From the NCBI RefSeq assembly GCF_009914755.1, contig NC_060926.1: 64,000 nucleotides of DNA; one strand, given 5' to 3'. Shown here piece by piece: positions 54,684-64,000 of this stretch. Origin of the DNA: the human T2T-CHM13v2.0 reference genome, Homo sapiens. The translations under genes and the position numbers were made by a program. The notes under the pieces were generated by a model. It was not told the DNA's origin, did no database searches, and was given only the letters and a program-made list of their open reading frames with translations. Each line of letters starts with the position of its first letter. The stretch's first letter is position 1.

Positions 54684-56623
54684 TTTCATTCTTAAATCTT
54701 CAAACCCATCACTCATTTTCACTTTCATCAGGTGACATTGCTTTTAGCTTCACATGGAAAAGAGAAGCTATCAAAGCAGAATAATCTCATTGTTGTATTC
54801 GGATTTCCCTGCATACCCAAACACACTTTCCTCCTGTGACTGTGGATAAGGGTCTCTTCTGTCTAACACTAGACTTTCTGTTAGGGGAAACTATTTTCTT
54901 TCACCTTCCTAGGGGACCATGCATCCATTGCTAGCCTCCTTTCCTACCATCCTCAATCTGTCTTTCTCTACTGAGTTATATGCACAAATAATGAAATCGT
55001 CAAATGAAATGATCAAATCTTCATCTCTGGGTGTTTCTTTGTGGATGCTACCCCTTCTCTCTTCAACCTTTACTAGCTAACTTTTTTGAAAGAATAGTCT
55101 ACTTGCTATTTTCTTTTCCTTGTCTCCCATTTATGCCTTGGTTTGTCTATAATGTAGCTTCTACCTCCATCACACCTGTGAAAAGACTTTCACCAAGTCA
55201 TAGATTACCCTTGTGCCTGTCACGATTCTAGCAGGAAAGAAATGGGATGAGACTGAGAAATACTTTAGATAAAATTGATAGAAATTCTAATTACAGGGGG
55301 CAGGACCAAGATAGCCGACTAGAAGCAGCGCCATTGGGAGGCTCTCATAGGAAAAAACCATAATAAGCGTGTGAATCCTTCACCGGCAACAAAGGTATCC
55401 AGGTTCCCTCATCAAAATTGAGTAGAAGACTGGCATGACCCACGGAGAGAAGGAAGAGCAGTGTGGTGTGGCAGCCCACCTGAGAGCCACACAGGGAAGT
55501 GTAACCCCCTCCCCCCAGCCAAGGGAGGTGGTGAGTGAGCCTGCTACACAGCTGGGGAAACTGCCTTTTCCACAGAACTGTGCAGCCCACAGATCAGAAG
55601 ATCCCACTTGCAAACCAACGCTACCAGGGCCTAGCATCCCAAACCCGGAACAGCACAGATTCTTACAGCCTCTCAGCTGGAAACTGCTTAAGCCTACTGA
55701 ACTCCCCAGGGGGAGTGGCGACCAGCACCAGCTGCAGCTGCCTTCTGTCTAAGCTCATTGAGCTCCTTGGGGGAGGGGCAGCAACCAGCATTGGGACTTG
55801 CAACTGCCTAACACACTAAGCTCCCTGGGTGGGGGAAGGGTGGCACCCATTTCTATAGCTCCAGGCTATGCTTTTCCTCTGCTGGAGCCACGGAGGCTGG
55901 ATGGGGTCCCAAGACTTTTCCCCACAGCCCAACACACCGGCTGTGGCAGTCTGCAACCAGAGTGCCTCTTCAGGTCTAACCCTGACCCATCCTTCTTCAG
56001 CTGGGGGAGGATTCCCTGCAGGATCTCCAATAACTTCAGCCAGAGTCTCAGGGACAGAATTCAGGTCTCCCTGGGCCTGAGCCCCCAGGGGGATGGGTGG
56101 TCACAGTCTCTGTGGACCAGCAGACTTAGCCTCCCCTCCTGGTAGTTCTGGGAAATCCAGGCAGACCAGTGGGGTTTCCCCCAGTGAAACACACCCTCTC
56201 CACCAAGGGACAAAGTGCTTGGTTAAATGGGTCCTGCTCCCAATGTCACCCAACTGGGTGAGGCCCTCCAATGGGGGTTGTCAGACATCCTATATAGGAG
56301 CAATCCTACTGGCATCAGGTTGGTGCCCCTTGAGGTCAGAGGTCCCAGAAGAAAGAGCAGGCACCCATCTTTGCTGCTCTCCAGCCTCCTTGAGTGACAT
56401 CTGCAGGCTTGGGAGCAAATCAGATGAATAAGGCCTGAAATGAACTTCCAGCAAATGGCAGCAGCCCTACAGAAGAGAGACCTAACTATTGACAGAAAAA
56501 CAAACAAGCAGAAAGTGACACCAACAGCATCATCATCAGCAACAACGACAACAAAGAGGCCCCCATAAAACCCTATCCAAAGGTCGGCAGCCTCAAAGAC
56601 CAAAACTAGACAAACTCACGAAG

Positions 56624-57666
56624 ATGAGAAAGAATCAACAACAACAACAACAAAAAATGCTGAAAACCCAAAAGGCCAGAGTGTGTCTTCTCCAAATGAT
56701 TGCAGTGTCTCTCCATCAAGGGTGAAGAACTGGACAGAGGATCAGATTGATGAATAGACAGAAGTAGGTTTCAGATGGGTAATAAAAAACTACGATGAGC
56801 TAAAGGAACACATTCTAACCCAATGCAAGAAGCTAAAAACCTTGACAAAATATTAGAGGAAATGCTAACTAGAATATCCAGTTTAGAGAGGTATATAAAT
56901 GGCATGATGGAGCCTGAAAAACACAGCACGAGAACTTTGTGAAGCATACAAAAGTATCAGCAGCCAAATCAAACAAGTGGAATGAAAGATATCAAAGTTT
57001 GAAGGCCACCTTACTGAAATAAGACAGGCAGACAAGAATAGAGAAAAAAGAATGAAAAGGAATGAACAAAGCCTCCAAGAAATATGGGACTTCATAAAAA
57101 GACTGAACCTATGATTGATTGGAATACCAGAAGGAGACAGGGAGAATGGAAATAAACTGGAAAACACACTTCAGGATATTATCCAGGAGAACTTCCCCAA
57201 CCTAGCAAGGCAGGCCAACATGCAAATTCAGGAAATACAGAGAACACCATTAAGATACTCCACAAGAAGATCAACCCCAAGACACATAATCATCAGATTA
57301 TGTGTCAAAATGAAGAAAGGTCAAAATGAAGAAAAAACTGTTAAGGGCAGCTAGAAAGAAAGGCCAGGTTACCTACAAAAGGAAGCCCATCAGACTAACA
57401 GTGGACCTCTCAGCAGGAACTCTACAGACCAGAAGAGACTGGGGGCAAATATTCAATATTCTTTAAGAAAAGAATTTTCAACCCAGAATTTCATATCCAG
57501 TCAAACTAAGCTTCATAAGTGAAGGAGAAATAAAATCATTTCCAGACAAGCAAATGCTGAGGGATTTAGTTAGCACAAGGCCCCTTCTGCAAGAGCTCCT
57601 AAAAGAAACACTAAATATGGAAAGGAAAAACCGGTACCAGCCACTGCAAAACACACCAAAATATAA
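56624..57666 (+). pseudogene. Disrupted L1 ORF1p
   Basis: Fragment IGIPEGDRENGNKLENTLQDIIQENFPNLARQANMQIQEIQRTP; multiple stops and frameshifts. Confidence 0.88.
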
Positions 57667-57729
57667 AGAACAATGACACTATGAAGAAACTGCATCAACT
57701 AGTGTGCAAAATAACCAAATAGCATCATG

Positions 57730-60700
57730 ATGAGAGGATGAAATTCACACATAACAATACTAACCTTAAATGCAAATGGGCTAAATGCCCCAATTAAATG
57801 ACACAGACTGACAAATTGGATAAGGAGTCAAGACCCCTTCAGTGTGCTGTATTCAGGAGACCCATCTTACATCCAAAGACACACAAAGGCTTAAAATAAA
57901 AGGATGGAGGAAAATTTACCAAGCAAATGGAAAGAAAAAAAAAAAAGAAAGCAAAGGTGGTAATCCTAATCTCTAAGAAAACAGACTTTAAACAAACAAA
58001 AATAAAAAAAGACAAAGAAGGGCATTACATAATGGTAAAGGGAATTATTCAACAAGAAGAGCTAACTATTCTAAATATATATGCACCCAATAAAGGAGCA
58101 CCCAGATTCATAAAATAAGTTCTTAGTGACCTACAAAGAGACTTAGACTCCCACACAATAATAGTGGAAGACTTTAACACCCCACTGTCAGTATTAGATA
58201 AACGAGAGAGAAAATTAACAAAGATATTCAGGACTTGAACTCAGCTCTAGATCAAGTGGACCTGGTAGATATCTACAGAACTCTCTAAACCATATCAACA
58301 GAAAATACATTCTTCTCAGTGCCACATGGCACTTATTCTAAAATCGACTGCATAATTGGAAGTAAAACACTCCTCAGGAAATGCAAAAGAACTGAAATCA
58401 TAACAAACAATCTCTCAGACCACAGTGCAATCAAATTAGAACTCAGGATTAAGAAACTCACTCGAACTCACAAAATTTCATGGAAATTGAACAACCTGCT
58501 CCTGAATGACTCCTGGGTAAATAATGAAATTAAGGCAGAAATCAGTAAGTTCTTTGAAACTAATGAGAAAAAAAGATAAAATATACCAGAGATAAATATA
58601 CCAGATAAAATCTCTGAGACACAGCTAAAGCAGTGTTAAGAGGGAAATTTATAGCACTAAATGTCTACATCAGAAAGCTAGAAAGATTTCAAATTGACAC
58701 CCTATCATCACAATTAAAAGAGCTAGAGATGCAAGAGTAAAGTAATCCAAAAGCTAGCAGAAGACAAGAAATAACTAAGATCAGAGAAGAATTGAAGGAG
58801 ATAGAGACACAAAAAACCCTTCAAAAAGTCAATAAATCCAGGAGCTGTTTTTTTTTTTTGAAAAAATTAACAAAATAGATAGATCACTAGATAGATGCTA
58901 ATGAATAAGAGAGAGAAGAATCAAATAGGCACAATAAAAAAATGATAAAGGAGATATCACCACCACAGAAATACAAACTACCATCAGAGAATAATATAAA
59001 CACCCCTATGCAAATAAACTAGAAAATCTAGAAGACATGGATAAATTCCTGGACACATACACCCTCCCAAGACTAAACCAGGAAGAAGTTGAATCTCTGA
59101 ATAGAGCAATAACAAGCTCTGAAATTGAGGCAGTAATTAATAGCCTACCAACCAAAAAAAGCCCAGGACCAGACAGATGCATAGCTGAATTCTACTGGAA
59201 GTACAAAGAGGAGCTGGTACCATTCCTTCTGAAACTATTCCAAGCAATGAAAAAGGAGGGACTCCTCCCCTAACTCATTTTATGAAGCCAGCATCATCCT
59301 GATACCAAAACTGGGAAGAGACACAACAAAAAAAGAAAACCTCAGGCCAATATCCCTGATGAACATCAATGTGAAAATTTTCAATAAAATACTGGCAAAC
59401 CGAATCCAGCAACACATCAAAAAGCTTCTCCGCCACAGCCAAGTCAACTTCACCCCTCGGATGCAAGTCTGGTTCAACATACGCAAATCAGTAAACGTAA
59501 TCCATCACATAAACAGAACCAATGACTAAAAAACACATTATTATCTTCATAGATGCAGAAAAGGCCTTTGATAAAATTCAACATCCCTTCATGTTAAAAA
59601 CCCTCAATACACTAGGTACTGTTGGAACATATCTCAAAATAATAATTGGTATTTATGACAAACCCGCAGCCAATATCATATTGAATGGGCAAAAGCTGGA
59701 AGCATTCCCTTTGAAAACCAGTACAAGACAAGGATGCCCTCTCTCACCACTCCTATTCAACATAGTGTTGGAAGTTCTGGCCAGGGCAATCAGGCAAGAG
59801 AAAGAAATAAAGCATATTCGAATCGGAAGAGAGGAAGTCAAGTTGTCTCTGTTTGCAGATGACATGATTTTATATTTAGAAAACCCCATCATCTCAACTC
59901 AAAAACCTCTTGACCTAATAAGCAACTTCAGTAAAGTCTCAATGTACAAAAATCACAAGCATTCCTTTACACCAACAATAGGCAAGCAGAGAGCCAAATC
60001 ATGAATGATCTCCCCTTCATAATCGCTACAGAGAGAATAAAATACCTAGGAATAAGCTAACAAAAGATGTGAAGGACTTCTTCAAGGAGAACTAAACCAC
60101 TGCTCAAAGAAATAAGAGAGGACACAAACAAATGGAAAAACATTCCATTCTCATGGATAGGAAGACTCAATATCATAAAAATGGCCATACCGCCCAAAGT
60201 AATTTACAGATTCAATGCTATTCCCATCAAATTACCATTGACACTCTTCACAGAATTAGAAAAAACTATTTTAAATTTCATACGGAATCAAGAAGACCCT
60301 GTATAGCCAAGATAATCCTAAGCAAAATGAACAAAGCTGGAGGCATCATGCTACCTGACTTCAAACTATACTACAAGGCTATAGTAACCAAAACAGCATG
60401 GTACTGGTTTCAAAACAGACATATAAACCAATGGAGAAGAACAGAGACCCCAGAAATAACACCACATATCTGTAACCATCTGATCTTTGGCAAACCTGAC
60501 AAAAATAAACAATGGGGAAGGGATCTCGTATTCAGTAAATGGTGTTGGGAAAACTGGCTAGCCATATGCTGAAAATTGAAACTGGACCCCTTCCTTAAAC
60601 CTTATACAAAAATTAACTCAAGATGGATTAAAGACTTAAATATAAAACCCAAAACCATAAAAACCTTAGAAGAAAACCTAGGCAATGCTATTCAGGACAT

Positions 60701-61566
60701 AGGCATGGGCAAAGACTTCATGACAGAAATGCCAAAAGCAATTGTAACAAAAGCCAAAATTGGCAAACGGGATCTAATTAAATTAAAGAGCTTCTTCACA
60801 GCAAAAGAAACTAGCATCAGAGTGAACAGGCAACCTACAGAACGGGAGAAAATTTTTGCAATCTACCCTTCTGACAAAGGGCTAATATCCAGAATTTATG
60901 AGGAATTTAAACATATTTACAAGAAAAAGACAACCGCATCAAAAAGTGGGCAAAGGATATGAACAAACACTTCTCAAAAAAAGACACTGACATGGCCAAG
61001 AAACATATGAAAAAAAGCTCAACATCACTGATCATCAGAGAAATGCAAATCAAAACCACAATGAGATACAATCTCACAGCAGTCAGAATGGCAATTATTA
61101 TAAAGTCAGGGAACAATAGATGTTGGCAAGGCTGTGGAGAAATAGGAATGCTTTTACACTGTTGGTGGGAAAGTAAATTAGTTCAGCCATTGTGGAAGAC
61201 AGTGTGGCAATTCCTCATGGATCTAGAACCAGAAATACCATTTGACCCAGCAATCCCCATTACTGGGTATATACCCAAAGGAGTATAAATTATTTTACTA
61301 TAAAGACACATGCACATGTATGTGTTATTATTGAGGCACTATTTACAACAGCAAAGACATAGAACAAACCCAAATGCCCATCAATGGTAAACTTGATAAA
61401 GAAAATGGGGCACATATACACCATGGAATACTATGCAGCCATTAAAAGGACAGAGATCATGTCCTTTGCAGGGACATGGATGAAGCTGGATGCCATCATC
61501 CTCAGCAAACTAACACAGGAACAGAAAACCAAACACCACATGTTCTCACTCATAAGTGGGAGTTGA
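57730..61566 (+). pseudogene. Disrupted L1 ORF2p (APE endonuclease + reverse transcriptase)
   Basis: Fragments [57 protein letters not shown]; TGA at codon 4 and many later breaks. Confidence 0.92.
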
Positions 61567-62309
61567 ACATTGAGAACACATAGACACAGAGAGGGGAACA
61601 TCACACACTGGGGCCTGTTGGGGGGTGGTGGTGAGGGGAGGGAACTTAGAGAATGGGTCAATAGGTGCAGCAAACCACCATGGCACATGTAGGCCTATGT
61701 AACAAACCTGTACATTCTGCACGTGTAGCTTGTATTTTTTTTTTTAAGAAGAAAAGCAAAAAAAAAAAAAGAAATTCTAATTACAAGTAAATGTGTTAGG
61801 TCAAGGATGAATCCAAAATTTCTATTTCGGGCAATTGTAAGAATGATTGTTTCATTTGCTAAAGTAGGAAATACGAGTGGAAAGGATTTGAGGTTAGATA
61901 CGATAGTTTAATTTTGACATGTTGATCTTGAGGTGTCTATGAGACTTCATAGTAAACATACACATAGACAGACAAGGAAGTGGGCCTGAAGCTCAGGAAA
62001 AATATCTGGGTTCAAAATAGTCTTGGGAATCATGAAGCTGTTGCTGATGACTGAAACAATAGGAATAGATGAGACCCACTGAGGGTCAATGAGAGGAAAA
62101 CAGCTTTTGAAGAGCCATAGCTCTGAGGGCATCAGCATTTAAATAAAGGGATAGATACGGCAAAGCAGGCTGAGGTAAAAGACAGGTAGATTGCAGGGTC
62201 ATAGGCCACAAAAGGAAAGTTTCAAGAAGTGGCCAAAATTGTTAAACACTACTATGAGCTTAAGGAAGATAAAGACCCAGAGGTGCATAATAGTGCTAAC
62301 GATAAGTTT

Positions 62310-62690
62310 GTGCAGGTTACCTTCTGTTTGCCCTCCTTCTTCATCTGGCTCCATGACCCAGGGGTTTGACTAACATGGATGGCGTCGACGACTCTACTGC
62401 ATTCTGTCTTCTATTGGAGTTAGAACAACAGTGAGCATTAGCATAAGGTGACAGGGAGGGAATGAGGGAGAACGGTGAGTGGGAATATGTATTTTCCCCA
62501 CTCTGGATATGCCTCAGGCTATGTGTTACTGGACTTAAGGTCAGAATTTCTGCCTGCTTACCCCTTTTGGGCTAAAGTTTAAAATAGCTTCCTGCAGTTA
62601 TTAGCACTGGGATACTGCACTACTACTTCGAAGTTATAACCTCATTGCAACCTCTAATTCTCTTTATAATTTTTCTTTCAGATACATTCC
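62310..62690 (+). mobile_element. LTR33-family ERVL LTR remnant
   Basis: cttctattggagttag...gggagaacggtgagtgggaatatgtattttcccc...atagcttcctgcagttattagcactgggatactgcact. Confidence 0.55.
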
Positions 62691-62699
62691 CCTTTCCAA

Positions 62700-63340
62700 A
62701 TCCCTTATTCTGGTAAATGACAGCACTGTTTTCCCTTCATCTTCACTGCCTCTACACAAGTCTAGTCCACTATAAACTCACATCTGGGTTCCAGAAGCAG
62801 TCTCCTACCTGGTCCTTTGCTTCTTTTCCGGGCCCATGCTACAACCACCAGCCAGAGTATACTTTCTCTGACAAATCTGCTCATCTTCTTTTCTTTCTTT
62901 AAAAGGCCCAATAGCTTCACATTTTTCTAAGATAAAGTCAAAGTTTTTTATCCTAACTTGCAAGATTTACCCTCTCCTTTCTTAGGTATCAATATACTAC
63001 ATTTTAACAAAGCAAAATTGCTTTCAATTACATGAACTAGCCATGCTCAGTCTCACCTCTAGACCTTCATACATTATTTTCCTTCTACTTGGTAGACTGC
63101 TTGACTGCACTTCACCAGAAAATTCCTGCTTTGCATTCAGACCTCATTGTGAGTATCACTACCTTTGAGAACCCTTCTCTGATGACCCAAGGGTATTTTA
63201 TGCCTCTCCTATCCTATTGCATTTGGTACTTCACAACATAAAACTTGTTTGACTTGTCTGTGTCCCTCTGGACTCCAGATGATGTGTGCTCAAGGACTGT
63301 GTCTTTGATTTTCACTGCTGTATCCCCACATCTAGCAGAG
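62700..63340 (+). mobile_element. L2 3' region
   Basis: cagtctcctacctggtc...ctcacctctagacctt...tgtccctctggactccag...ctcaaggactgtgtctttg...gtatccccacatctagca. Confidence 0.75.
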
Positions 63341-63353
63341 TTGCAAGCTTTCC

Positions 63354-63659
63354 TTTTTTTTTTTTTTTTTTTTTTTTTGAGACGGAGTCTCGCTCTTTTG
63401 CCCAAGCTGGAGTGCAGTGGCACGATCTTGGCTCACTGCAAGCTCCGCCTCCCAGATTCACGCCATTCTCCTGCCTCAGCCTCCCGAGCAGCTAGGACTA
63501 CAGGTACCTGCCACCACACCTGGGTAATTTTTTTTATTTTTAGTAGAGACAGGGTTTCACCGTGTTCACCAGGATGGTCTCGATCTCCTGACCTCGTGAT
63601 CCGCCCGCCTCAGTCTCCCAAAGTGCTGGGATTACAGGTGCGAGCCACCACGCCTAGCC
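63354..63659 (-). mobile_element. AluY
   Basis: cactgcaagctccgcctccc; ttcacgccatt; ggatggtctcgatctcctgacctcgtg; TSD tgcaagc(t/a)tt at 63342 and 63660. Confidence 0.95.
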
Positions 63660-64000
63660 TGCAAGCATTTTTTAACGAATTAATGAAATTACCTTTGAAA
63701 CTATAAAGGCATTTTACAGGAGTAAGATTAAAGTATATAATGGGTGAGGTTCAGAGAGGCTGCATCTGTCTTCATGGTATTATAATTCCATCTGAAGTTT
63801 TTCATTTATTCTGAGGTCAGTGGAAGCCACAAAATAGTCCTTAACAACAGAGTGATAAACAGAAGTTGTGTTTTAGAGAGAGAAATTTGTTTACTGTGAA
63901 CAGGATAAACCAAAAGAGAGGAGAACCTGGATGCTGGGAAAACAACTTGGCAGACTGAGCGAATTCAGGCAACTAATGAAACTTTCTAAAACTGCTAAAG

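Larger units (their letters stand above)
55296..61769 (+). mobile_element. Full-length dead L1PA (L1PA12-like; range PA11-13)
   Basis: Begins gggggcaggaccaagat; has 5'UTR, ORF1, ORF2, G-rich 3'UTR and A tail; perfect 16-bp TSD agaaattctaattaca at 55280-55295 and 61770-61785; inserted into an antisense L2 that continues at 61786-62300. Confidence 0.95.

Noticed and set aside
57730-61566. Reverse transcriptase/endonuclease ORFs as a novel RT system
   Set aside because: Ordinary, heavily disrupted LINE-1 ORF2 within a TSD-flanked L1PA

Overview
AT-rich, CpG-poor DNA from an anthropoid primate (human-like), judged from AluJ/S/Y, an L1PA12-like LINE, an Hsmar1 TIR, MER44, Tigger3, MLT/LTR33, L2 and MIR. 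It looks intergenic or deep-intronic. I can support no protein-coding gene, RNA gene or CpG island: every ORF in the track is a repeat fragment (Alu, L1, Tigger) or is the size expected by chance. The window is dominated by two full-span dead L1s with target-site duplications (TSDs): a rearranged L1MB at 28.1-32.6 kb and an L1PA12-like copy at 55.3-61.8 kb. It also has ten Alus and many older repeats. Several repeat-free blocks carry dense developmental transcription-factor motifs; the most striking is a near-perfect inverted repeat of POU octamers flanked by SOX motifs at about 5.1-5.3 kb. I found no evidence of a new biological system. The best leads are candidate enhancers and unusual retroelement rearrangements. 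Repeat subfamily names come from recalled consensus features and need RepeatMasker/Dfam confirmation.
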